A stretch of 64,000 bases of DNA from Candidatus Altimarinota bacterium. Its GTDB lineage: Bacteria; Patescibacteriota; Gracilibacteria; JBDHUY01. The notes beneath the pieces are model-generated. The model was given only the letters and a program-made list of their open reading frames with translations. It was not told the DNA's origin and did no database searches. This document shows, one piece after another, positions 37,609 to 46,616 of this stretch. How positions within the stretch are numbered: the stretch's first letter is position 1; each line of letters opens with the position of its first letter. The stretch covers positions 33,251 to 97,250 of the forward strand of contig JBDHUY010000008.1 in assembly GCA_039809385.1 (NCBI GenBank). Direction: 5' to 3'. The translations under genes were made by a program, and so were the position numbers.

Positions 37609-38283
37609 TTAATACTTCAACCGCGGATACCAGTCCTCTCCCCGGCCCTCGGGCGTCAGATCAAACAGGTTCCACAACGGCCAGATCATATCCACATGCC
37701 GGTTATCCTGGCCTTTCTCGGATGAAGCATAGAGCATTTCGGAACCATAGAAATGGAATATTTTCTTCCCCTTCTTCTGAAACACATTTAGCATCGGCAT
37801 TTGGTTCCCTTCTTCATCCTCGGCCAGGTAATCGGCGTTATAGGTATTATGCAACGATGACAGAAGACGAATATTGTTCCAATCTCGTTTATCGGCCCAT
37901 TTGCGAAGTTTTTTGATTGGCGCCTTGCCGACGACGACCAGATTGACCCGGTCGTTCACATGCATCGACTGACCGTTCAGCCCGTCCACGATCGAATTAC
38001 ACATGACACAGGGCGCTTTGTGATCGGGATGAAACATCATGCCATACACAATCAACGTATTTCTGCCTTTGGCGAAGAGTTCCGAAAGTTCAGTTTGAAC
38101 TACTTTCCCATTGCGATCCAACTCCTCAAAAACATAATCTTGCGCCACTTCCCCGCCCCGCGGCAAGGTTCTTCTGAGAGCCGCAACCTCTTCGATCTGG
38201 TTTCTAAGTTTTATTTCGGCTTTTAACAGCGTATTGCGAGCCAAACGATAACCTTTGCTCTCGCCGGGAAAATGAATACTCAT
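37609..38283 (-). CDS. DUF899 family thioredoxin-like protein
   Basis: ARNTLLKAE..VAALRRTLP, LIVYGMMF, CVMC, WPLWNLFDLTPEGR. Confidence 0.88.
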   Translation of the reverse strand: MSIHFPGESKGYRLARNTLLKAEIKLRNQIEEVAALRRTLPRGGEVAQDYVFEELDRNGKVVQTELSELFAKGRNTLIVYGMMFHPDHKAPCVMCNSIVDGLNGQSMHVNDRVNLVVVGKAPIKKLRKWADKRDWNNIRLLSSLHNTYNADYLAEDEEGNQMPMLNVFQKKGKKIFHFYGSEMLYASSEKGQDNRHVDMIWPLWNLFDLTPEGRGEDWYPRLKY

Positions 38284-38316
38284 AGCAAAGATGTTAAAGA
38301 ATAAATTGCGACAGAC

Positions 38317-38673
38317 TTATTTTTTCGGTTTCAACGTTTTTACATATTCGAAACTAAGATCAAAATACTTTTTCAGTTCTCCGGTGTTCTCTAACAGTTC
38401 CCCGGGCACCGTGACATATTCCTTCAAAACCGTCCCGTGCGTTTCAAAAAGAGTCGTATGATATTTTTTCAAAAAGGCCTCACGCTCATCTTTGGGTAGA
38501 CGTATGCCAACGAATCCACTCTGAGCCAGAAACGAGAACATATTGCCATTGAGCGATGTATACGGCATGGTTTTCCCCTTGCGCTGAATCGCCGGATTGG
38601 TTGCCACCAGAGCTTCATATAATTCGAGTTTTCCCGCCGGAGGCAAATTGGTCGTTTTGGAAGACTGGGGCAT
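38317..38673 (-). CDS. TfoX-N/YjbR-like small protein
   Basis: GKTMPYTSLNGNMFSFL, LKEYVTVP, SFEYVKTLKPK. Confidence 0.6.
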   Translation of the reverse strand: MPQSSKTTNLPPAGKLELYEALVATNPAIQRKGKTMPYTSLNGNMFSFLAQSGFVGIRLPKDEREAFLKKYHTTLFETHGTVLKEYVTVPGELLENTGELKKYFDLSFEYVKTLKPKK

Positions 38674-38837
38674 AAAAGATTGAAAAACGATACAGAGAAC
38701 TAAGGTTATTGTAATGAATGAAAAAGCTGGAATACAATTATTTCAATCGTCGTGATAAAGCCAGATTTTGCAGAAAATCAAGTACCTATATTATACTTAA
38801 TTCAAGACATTACCAAAAAGTTTCTTTCCTGATTGAC

Positions 38838-39434
38838 ATGACCGAACACTCTCCCGCACTGCACGAGACGACCGAAACCCAAGAAAATCTGGACAAGATC
38901 ACCTATCAAAAGATTCTCGGGATGATCCTGAAGAATCAGCACGTTACCTTTATCGTGTTTGGCATTGGTAATATTACCGGCATCACAAACGGCGATACGA
39001 TGGGACGGAAAGCTTACCGATGGAATCAAGATACTAATGAACTCGAAGCCACCGATCTCTATATCGGCAGCCTGGATCGCACCGTTACAAAGCAGGATAA
39101 TACGCCAGTTCCTCTCTTCAAAAAAGAGCAGATTTTTCAAAAATTCTCCAAATCTATTCTCATGGGATTTGCCCAAAATATCCGGGGGAAAAAGGATTCA
39201 CAATTTTGTAGCGATACACGCGGAGGGAACAGATTTTTTGCCGGATTTTCGGCTGCGATCACCACGTCCCAGCAAGGGATATACACAACCGAAGAACTGA
39301 ATGCGTTAAAAAATATCGCCAGAATTCAAAAAGACCGGCCCGCTGTATTTATCCAGATGATGGAAGCTCTGTGCATAAAATTTCTCCCCGCGTACTACCG
39401 GGAGCTAGAGAATATCAAGCAAAGTTATGGTTGA
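38838..39434 (+). CDS. hypothetical protein
   Basis: ORF with likely start MTEHS; ORF track start 38718. Confidence 0.55.
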   Translation: MTEHSPALHETTETQENLDKITYQKILGMILKNQHVTFIVFGIGNITGITNGDTMGRKAYRWNQDTNELEATDLYIGSLDRTVTKQDNTPVPLFKKEQIFQKFSKSILMGFAQNIRGKKDSQFCSDTRGGNRFFAGFSAAITTSQQGIYTTEELNALKNIARIQKDRPAVFIQMMEALCIKFLPAYYRELENIKQSYG

Positions 39435-39527
39435 TGAATCGTCTAGCTATAGGAGAGTAAATAAAGGGGAAATTACAGAGTCACATTCATTCCGCTTAGA
39501 ATAACCTCGAAATGCTGCTGCGAAATC

Positions 39528-40856
39528 CTATGGAAACATCCGTTCCACCGCCTCCTTCACACTCCTCACCACCATTCCATTCTCCACCTTGCCCTTCATG
39601 GGCGCTAGAATAATTTCCTCAATACCGAGCTTGCGGGCTTCTTTCAGACGCTTTTCGATCTGAAAGACCGGCCGGATACTGCCCGTCAGCCCAATCTCGC
39701 CCAGGGCCAGGGTCTGGGCCGGGATATTTTTTTGTAACCGGCTAGAGGCGATCGCCAGAGCCACCGCCAGATCGACCGCCGGATCACGGGCCGTAATGCC
39801 GCCCACGGTGCTCACATATACATCGTAGCTGTCCAGATTCACACTCGTATACTTGCTTAACACCGCCAGAATAATATTCAGACGATTGAGATCGATCCCG
39901 CTCGTCGTGCGCTTTGGATAACCGAATTTGGTATACGTCACCAGCGCCTGGACTTCGATAAAGAACGGACGCGAGCCTTCCAGCACACAGGTTAAAATAG
40001 ACCCCACACGCCCCTCCCCTTCTTCGGTAAAAAACAGATTCGGATTCTTGACCTCCACCAGCCCCTTTTCCTCCATTTCCAGAACCCCCACCTCGTCGGT
40101 CGGACCGAAGCGGTTTTTAAAGGTCTTTAAAAGACGCAGATTCTGATAACGCTCGCCTTCCAGATACAAAACACAGTCCACCAAATGTTCCAGGACGCGC
40201 GGTCCCGCCAGCGTCCCGTCCTTGGTCACGTGACCGATCAGCAGAACCGTGATTCCCGCGCCCTTAGCCAATTCCATCAGTTTTTCGGCCGCAAAGCGAA
40301 CTTGATTGACACTGCCGGGAACGCCTGTAATCGCATTCGAATAGACCACCTGGATCGAATCCACGATCAGAAGATCGGGCTGCTCGTGCTTAGCCGTTTC
40401 GATAATATCCTCAAGAACCGTATCGTTCACCACTGCCAGATTCATCGCCACACCCAGCCGTTTGGCTCGGTGAGCGATTTGTGCGGCAGATTCCTCGCCG
40501 GCAGCATACAGAACCGTCTTGTCCTGGCGTAAAAAAGCATCGCAGATCTGTAACGTCAAGGTAGATTTGCCGATACCGGGTTCTCCGCTCAGGAGCGCGA
40601 TCGAGCCCTGCACGATCCCGCCGCCAAACACCAGATCGACCTCGCCAATGCGGGTAAGGATCCTCTGGAAAGCTGTCTCCTGCTCCTGCAGGCGGCCGGA
40701 ACTAAGCACTTTGCCGGCCGGCACGTCCCGTTTATTGGGAACAATTACCGTCTGCTCCTCGAACGTGCTCCATTCGCCGCAGTTCGGACATTTCCCCAGC
40801 CATTTGGGAGATTCGTAATGGCAGTTGGTACAGGTGAATTTGGTTTTGTCTTTCAT
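39528..40856 (-). CDS. radA: DNA repair protein RadA/Sms
   Basis: C4 zinc finger, GEPGIGKST, KNRFG motif, Lon-like C-terminus GEIGLTG. Confidence 0.97.
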   Translation of the reverse strand: MKDKTKFTCTNCHYESPKWLGKCPNCGEWSTFEEQTVIVPNKRDVPAGKVLSSGRLQEQETAFQRILTRIGEVDLVFGGGIVQGSIALLSGEPGIGKSTLTLQICDAFLRQDKTVLYAAGEESAAQIAHRAKRLGVAMNLAVVNDTVLEDIIETAKHEQPDLLIVDSIQVVYSNAITGVPGSVNQVRFAAEKLMELAKGAGITVLLIGHVTKDGTLAGPRVLEHLVDCVLYLEGERYQNLRLLKTFKNRFGPTDEVGVLEMEEKGLVEVKNPNLFFTEEGEGRVGSILTCVLEGSRPFFIEVQALVTYTKFGYPKRTTSGIDLNRLNIILAVLSKYTSVNLDSYDVYVSTVGGITARDPAVDLAVALAIASSRLQKNIPAQTLALGEIGLTGSIRPVFQIEKRLKEARKLGIEEIILAPMKGKVENGMVVRSVKEAVERMFP

Positions 40857-40911
40857 GAGGTAAATGAAACTATAAGATATAAAAACCTGCCTTCAGAGTA
40901 CTGCATGCCAT

Positions 40912-41131
40912 CAGATTCGCGCTTATGCGGGAATGACATTCATCAACAAAGAACCCGGTGGAAGAAAACAATCATAAATTCCATTAACGTAATGCAGGGA
41001 TACCTGCTACAAGCGTATCCTATCTCAAGGTTTTCCATACTTCAACTTCTTAATTTCCTGGATCCCCATGTTTGTCATCCCAGAGAAATCGGGGATCTTC
41101 CTGCAAGATTTCCGCTTATAGGAGAATGACA
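40912..41131. repeat. dRS3-like/GTCAT palindromes downstream of a GIY-YIG pseudogene
   Basis: AGATTCGCGCTTATGCGGGAATGACA (~40912), TGTCATCCCAGAGAAATCGGGGATCT (~41073), AGATTTCCGCTTATAGGAGAATGACA (~41106). Confidence 0.65.
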
Positions 41132-41434
41132 TAGAATAAAGCCTCAAGACAAGATATCCTAAATAAATCCTTCCAAACAGGATTAAATTTGGAAATCAAT
41201 TCTTCTTTCCATTTCCTGTTCCATTTTTTCATTTTTTTTCACGTCCGATAGCAGCCGAAATATCGGAAGTCATTTCATAATATATCAAATATGTAAGATT
41301 ATACCTTTTCGTAAAGCCAGTAAGCGGCCTTCACGACGCTCCATAGCCCGTCGGATCAGGTTATTTGTGACACCAATATAAAGTGTTGTTCTTTGAAAGT
41401 TTGCCATCATATAAACAAAATACGACCTGTCCAT
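41116..41434 (-). pseudogene. GIY-YIG nuclease (YhbQ/UPF0213-like), two frameshifts
   Basis: MDRSYFVYMMAN..TLYIGVTNNLIRR / GFTKRYNLTYLIYYE..AAIGREKK / MKKWNRKWKEELISKFNPVWKDL read across shifting frames. Confidence 0.8.
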
Positions 41435-41481
41435 CTCGCCTGGTTAGAGAATAAACAGGACATATCATACATAACCAAACC

Positions 41482-42963
41482 TTAAAAATTCCTAAAAATA
41501 CGCAAAAATTGAAACTCTTCCTGTTCGATACTGCTGCAAGTCGCATCGGCATAGGCACGGGAACCGCCGGGGCAGGGTTTGTCGCGGTTGGCCGACCACA
41601 TGGAGAGCAATCCGAGCCCGCGGGTCGAAGCGTAATCCAGCAGTTTTTGCGCATCGGACAAAGTAAATACTTCGGATGCCACATCATTCACTCCGAGCAT
41701 GGGAGTAACGCCGATCATATTCCAGAATTCCATATCCGATTTGACAATGCCGCGGTCCGCATAGAGGGATTTTAGTTGTTGAAAAAGACTCTCGGCCGCC
41801 CGGATCGCATAATCCCCCATCTTGCCGGTCGGATCGGGTGCGGCACCGTCGCCATAGTCCATAGCCATGATATTGACCCCGTCAATACGAACATCGTGAT
41901 CCAGTGCGGAAGTCAGAACTGCCAGGCCCTCGGGCGTCAGACCGGTGGGCAAAACCGGCAGCGTGTACCAAACCTCAAGAGCCGGTTTTCTGTTTTGTAA
42001 CATAGCGATCGCCTGCGAGCGTCGCTCGATCGAAGCCGTATCGGCAATCCAGGCGCCTTCGATATCGAAATCGATCCGTGTCAGGCGATAGGTATCGATG
42101 ACTCGCTGATATTCATCAACCAGATTTTGGACCTGCGGGCAAGCAACAGCCAACTCGGTATTGGCCGCTCCTCCAAAGGACACCATGACATCTCCGCCCA
42201 TCGATTGAAGAGTCTGTATATCCTGAGAGAGATAGTCGCCAATTGGATAATAGGTTCCCCACGAAGCGCTACAGTTCCCCGTTCCCTGGGCCACCACAAA
42301 GCCGAGCGTATAATATTGTACCTGCGTAGCGGTAGCGGTTTGACTCAATGAGAAAGCCGGATAGGACGTAGCATCTACGTAGGGGGCAAATACCGTTCGG
42401 GGCCAGCTTCCTTCTTCGTCTGACGGCGGAGGGACGTTCTGATTTTGGTTCTCGTTATCACCAAAAACTTGTGGCGACGACACGACACCGGGCCGGGACG
42501 CTTCGAAGACCGCGGAATCAGCTACAGATTGAGGAGGAACAGATGTCCCGGCTGGAACAGGAAGAGTAGGTTCAGCCGGGGGAATTGGCGGAGGAACAGC
42601 TGCTATCGGCAACGGTGGTATGAATGGCGGCACACTAGGATGGGAAGATTCGGAGGACTTAATCTCCGGAAAAGCAGGCACCCTTTTTCGACCAGCTTTA
42701 TCTTGAGATTGTTCAAGCACCGTTTGAGAAGAATCGGCATGCACGAAAATATACTGCGGAATTTCAGCGACGGGAGACCGGCGAATCTTCGGATAAGTCG
42801 TAGTCCGCCCGAACGTTGGAATAAATCGTTGAAAAAAGAACGAATCGATATTTGATTCGACTGCGGAAGAAGGAGAGACAACCAGCGAAATCAGGAACAG
42901 CGGAAAAACGAAGAGCAGCAACAGCAGGAAAATAAATGTCGTTTTGCGCAAAAATGATTTCAT
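41482..42963 (-). CDS. membrane-anchored GH18 chitinase with Pro-rich linker
   Basis: N-terminal TM; FAPYVD, VMVSFGGA, catalytic IDFDIEG (DxDxE), NIMAMDYG, MWSANRD; ORF track start 43059. Confidence 0.88.
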   Translation of the reverse strand: MKSFLRKTTFIFLLLLLFVFPLFLISLVVSPSSAVESNIDSFFFQRFIPTFGRTTTYPKIRRSPVAEIPQYIFVHADSSQTVLEQSQDKAGRKRVPAFPEIKSSESSHPSVPPFIPPLPIAAVPPPIPPAEPTLPVPAGTSVPPQSVADSAVFEASRPGVVSSPQVFGDNENQNQNVPPPSDEEGSWPRTVFAPYVDATSYPAFSLSQTATATQVQYYTLGFVVAQGTGNCSASWGTYYPIGDYLSQDIQTLQSMGGDVMVSFGGAANTELAVACPQVQNLVDEYQRVIDTYRLTRIDFDIEGAWIADTASIERRSQAIAMLQNRKPALEVWYTLPVLPTGLTPEGLAVLTSALDHDVRIDGVNIMAMDYGDGAAPDPTGKMGDYAIRAAESLFQQLKSLYADRGIVKSDMEFWNMIGVTPMLGVNDVASEVFTLSDAQKLLDYASTRGLGLLSMWSANRDKPCPGGSRAYADATCSSIEQEEFQFLRIFRNF

Positions 42964-43071
42964 ACCGAAAAAAGAGTACCAAAAGACACTCCGACTATAG
43001 CAGTTTTGCGTCGTGGGCGACAAGACAATAAAGAAGTCTCGGGAAGAAAGGTCTGTCATTTCCTACCGGCA

Positions 43072-43098
43072 GAGATTCCCACTTTCGTGGGAATGACA
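43072..43098. repeat. dRS3-like palindrome
   Basis: AGATTCCCACTTTCGTGGGAATGACA fits ATTCCC-N8-GGGAAT. Confidence 0.7.
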
Positions 43099-43216
43099 AA
43101 AGAGAGCTTTACAGATCGCTACAGTCCTCTTTGGCCTGCTTTAAGAACTTTACAGATCCCAACGGGCCCCCTTCAGGGCATTATGGACTTTTGACTTCGT
43201 ACTTTGGACTATGTAC

Positions 43217-45976
43217 TCACCCCTCCTGTCCATGGCATTTCTTATATTTTTTCCCGCTGCCGCAAGGACAGAGATCGTTCCGTCCGACTTTCGGTTCGGA
43301 CTGGACCGGCCCGGACACTTTGACCGTTTTGGGAGCAGGAGAATTCTCATCGGCAATCTCATTGCCCAGGTTTCCTTCGATCTGAGCGGCATTTGTCACG
43401 ATTTTGCGAGGCGCTTCGCCCATACTGAGAGCTTGCTCGCCCCTCTGATCGAGTTGCAATTTGAATAAGGTTTGCACGGTCAGGCGATTAACGTTTCCAA
43501 GCAGTTTCTGAAAAGCCTGAAATCCTTCTTTTTTATACTCCACCAGCGGATCTTTTTGGGCATAACCGCTCATCGACACAGCGTCACGTAAGCCCTGCAT
43601 ATGATCGAGATGATCCATCCACAACATATCGATCGAACGTAAATAAACGCCCCGTTCGACATTACGCATCATGGTAGAGTCAGAGAATTTGCGCTCTTTT
43701 TCGACATACAAATTCCTAAAGCTATCAAAAAGATACTGCCGGATCCCCTCGGGCGATTGAAAGTTCTCAAAAGCTTTCACACCGAAGAGACTCTCGTCGG
43801 CATGCAGCGCTTTTACTTCGTTGGACAAGCCTTCCAGATCCCATTCGCTCTCCGAACGACTGCCAACGTGAAAGAACACCAGTTGGGTAACATAGTCGGC
43901 AATGAGTTCCTGGATATCGGACTTGACCGAAGGTTTGTGTAAGATCTTGCGACGGCGGCTATAAATGATTTCGCGATGACGATTCATCACGTCGTCGTAT
44001 TCGACCACGTGCTTACGGACATCGAAGTGGTACCCTTCGACACGTTTCTGGGCACTTTCCAGCGCCGAAGAGATCATCTTGTTCTCGATCGGTACTTCTT
44101 CGGGGATTTTGAGGAACTCCATCATTTTACGAATGCGGTCGCCACCGAAGATCCGCATAAGATTATCCTCCAGCGATACAAAAAATTGCGATTCGCCCGG
44201 GTCGCCCTGACGTCCGGCCCGCCCGCGCAGCTGATTATCGATACGCCTCGATTCGTGACGCTCGGTCCCCATAATTACCAACCCGCCGACCTCTTTTACT
44301 TCGGGAGCCAGTTTAATGTCGGTACCGCGTCCGGCCATGTTCGTCGCAATAGTTACCGCGCCTTTTTGACCGGCGTTCGCAATGATTTCGGCCTCTTTTT
44401 CATGTTGTTTGGCATTCAGTACGTGGTGCTGAACACCAGCTCTGCGTAGCAGTTCGCTTAGAAACTCGGATTTTTCAATAGCGATCGTACCTACCAGAAC
44501 CGGCTGCCCTTTTTCCTGTTTCTCTTTGATTCGCTCGACCACTGCCTGAAATTTAGCCAGCTCGGTTTTATAGATCGTATCGGGTTTATCCTGACGCACC
44601 ATATCACGATTCGTGGGAATCTCCATGACCTCGAGCTTATAGATCTTGGCAAACTCTTCGGCTTCGGTAAGAGCGGTACCGGTCATACCGGAGAGTTTGA
44701 AAAAAAGACGGAAATAATTCTGAAAAGTAATCGTCGCCAGCGTACGGCTTTCGCGTTTGACCTCGACGTTTTCTTTGGCTTCGATCGACTGATGCAATCC
44801 GTCGCTATAGCGCCGCCCGGGTAGGATACGTCCGGTAAATTCGTCGACAATCAAAACCTCGCCGTCACGGACGATATAATCGATATCGCGCTGAAAAACG
44901 GCCCGTGCTTTCAGAGCTTGTTCGATATGATGGACCTCTCCGAAACCGGCTTCGGTATAGATATTGTCGACCCCAAGCAATTCTTCCATACGCTTGATAC
45001 CGGCCTCGGTAAGCGTCGCGGTTTTCATTTTCTCATCGATGACATAATGATCGTCTTTCATCAAAGACTGTACGAGCGCAGCATATTTGGTATATTTGCT
45101 CGTAGACTCTTCGGCCGGCGCCGAAATGATCAAAGGCGTACGGGCCTCGTCGATCAGAATGGAATCTACTTCGTCAACGATGGCGTAATAAAGCTCGCGC
45201 TGTACTTCGGCCTCAGGAGAAACCGACATATTGTCACGCAAATAGTCGAACCCGAATTCGTTGTTGGTGCCATACGTAATATCGGCAGCATACGCTTTTT
45301 TCTTCTGGTCTGCGCCCATACCGGTAAGCACTACGCCGACGCTTAGGCCAAGGTATTGGAACAAAAAGCCCATCCATTCGGCATCGCGCTGGGCCAGATA
45401 TTCGTTGACCGTAACAAGATGGACTCCTCGTCCGACCAGAGAATTGAGATACAGCGGCAAAGTAGCCACGAGCGTCTTTCCTTCACCGGTTTTCATTTCG
45501 GCGATCTTCCCTTCGTGCAGAATCATGCCGCCGATCAGCTGGACATCGAACGGAATCATATCCCATACGATCTCTTTTCCGCGCAGCATGAATTTCTGGC
45601 CAACCAGGCGGCGGCAGGCGTTTTTATGCACGGCGAAAGCCTCGGGTAATATCTCCCGCAAGATTCCCTGTTCCTGATCGAACAGCTCTTTTTTCTTGTG
45701 ATTAAGCGCAACCTGTAAATCTTTTTTGCGTTCCAGATCGTCGGATTCGTCAACTTGATCAAGCAGCTGCTGGGCTTCTTCAACTTCCTTTCTGGCAGAA
45801 GCGGTATAAATGCCAATCCGCTCTTTAAGTTGAGCAGTTTTTCCTTTCAATTGTTCCTCGGATAATTGCTGATATTCCTCTTCAAACGAATTGATAGTAG
45901 AGACGATCGAGCGTAATCGTTTCAGTTCTTTCTCCTGAGCGGCATTGGCAAAGCGTTGAAATATTTTCTGAAGCAT
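43217..45976 (-). CDS. secA: preprotein translocase ATPase SecA
   Basis: MKTGEGKT, DEVDSILIDEARTPLIIS, TNMAGRGTDI, QLRGRAGRQGDPG, SEC-C GRNDLCPCGSGKKYKKCH. Confidence 0.98.
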   Translation of the reverse strand: MLQKIFQRFANAAQEKELKRLRSIVSTINSFEEEYQQLSEEQLKGKTAQLKERIGIYTASARKEVEEAQQLLDQVDESDDLERKKDLQVALNHKKKELFDQEQGILREILPEAFAVHKNACRRLVGQKFMLRGKEIVWDMIPFDVQLIGGMILHEGKIAEMKTGEGKTLVATLPLYLNSLVGRGVHLVTVNEYLAQRDAEWMGFLFQYLGLSVGVVLTGMGADQKKKAYAADITYGTNNEFGFDYLRDNMSVSPEAEVQRELYYAIVDEVDSILIDEARTPLIISAPAEESTSKYTKYAALVQSLMKDDHYVIDEKMKTATLTEAGIKRMEELLGVDNIYTEAGFGEVHHIEQALKARAVFQRDIDYIVRDGEVLIVDEFTGRILPGRRYSDGLHQSIEAKENVEVKRESRTLATITFQNYFRLFFKLSGMTGTALTEAEEFAKIYKLEVMEIPTNRDMVRQDKPDTIYKTELAKFQAVVERIKEKQEKGQPVLVGTIAIEKSEFLSELLRRAGVQHHVLNAKQHEKEAEIIANAGQKGAVTIATNMAGRGTDIKLAPEVKEVGGLVIMGTERHESRRIDNQLRGRAGRQGDPGESQFFVSLEDNLMRIFGGDRIRKMMEFLKIPEEVPIENKMISSALESAQKRVEGYHFDVRKHVVEYDDVMNRHREIIYSRRRKILHKPSVKSDIQELIADYVTQLVFFHVGSRSESEWDLEGLSNEVKALHADESLFGVKAFENFQSPEGIRQYLFDSFRNLYVEKERKFSDSTMMRNVERGVYLRSIDMLWMDHLDHMQGLRDAVSMSGYAQKDPLVEYKKEGFQAFQKLLGNVNRLTVQTLFKLQLDQRGEQALSMGEAPRKIVTNAAQIEGNLGNEIADENSPAPKTVKVSGPVQSEPKVGRNDLCPCGSGKKYKKCHGQEG

Positions 45977-46138
45977 GAGTAATAACGATGGATAATGACT
46001 AAGATAGTGAAAAAACGTACTGGTACAGTATAGAGAGATAGCAGCCCGGATTCAACTCAAATCATCGACACACAACCATACGCTGACTTCCTGCAAGGAA
46101 TCAGGAGATTTTCCGCTTCGCTCAAAATAAATTTCCTG

Positions 46139-46167
46139 TTGAATTTTTTGCGCGACATGCGTAAAAT
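46139..46167 (+). promoter_or_regulatory. sigma70-like promoter for tRNA-Gly
   Basis: TTGAAT-17 bp-TAAAAT, 23 bp before the tRNA. Confidence 0.55.
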
Positions 46168-46190
46168 CGTACTGTTTTCACGGATTATGC

Positions 46191-46267
46191 GCGGGTGTAG
46201 CTCAATTGGCTAGAGCGCGTCCTTGCCAAGGACGAGGTTACGGGTTCAAGCCCCGTTACCCGCTCCA
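46191..46267 (+). tRNA. tRNA-Gly (GCC)
   Basis: acceptor GCGGGTG/TACCCGC, anticodon arm CGTCC-TTGCCAA-GGACG, GGTTCAAG T-loop, encoded CCA. Confidence 0.96.
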
Positions 46268-46350
46268 TTACAGAATAAGACATCTCTTCAAACGATTCTT
46301 AATTAGAACCGTTCTTCTTTAGAGAATGTATCTAATAACACTCGTTGAAT

Positions 46351-46525
46351 GGCCGTGCGGACATGCCCAGCATCCGTAGACGCACAGAGCTTGTTTAATA
46401 GGACCTCCATACAGCAAACCGTTTGCCTGACAAGACACAACGAACACCTCTTTCATTCATCATTGTATGAACCGTACCCGGATTCCCCACGCCACGGCGG
46501 GACAGGCGGACAAGCCGGAATGACA
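46351..46525 (+). repeat. composite palindromic element, copy B
   Basis: core GCCCAGCATCCGTAGACGCACAGAGCTTGTTTAA (46365-46398) and GGATTCC[insert]CGGACAAGCCGGAATGACA (46480-46525) match 24982-25146(-). Confidence 0.65.
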
Positions 46526-46616
46526 AGTGACTTTTAACACTTTTGCTCGACTAAAAATCCAAGGTTTTGATTTTTAACACCTTCGCTTCACTCAGTACAA
46601 GTCTTTACGCTTTGAC

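Noticed and set aside
32800-39450. Integron cassette array of small accessory genes
   Set aside because: No integron integrase and no recurring attC (RYYYAAC...GTTRRRY) structure recognised between the genes
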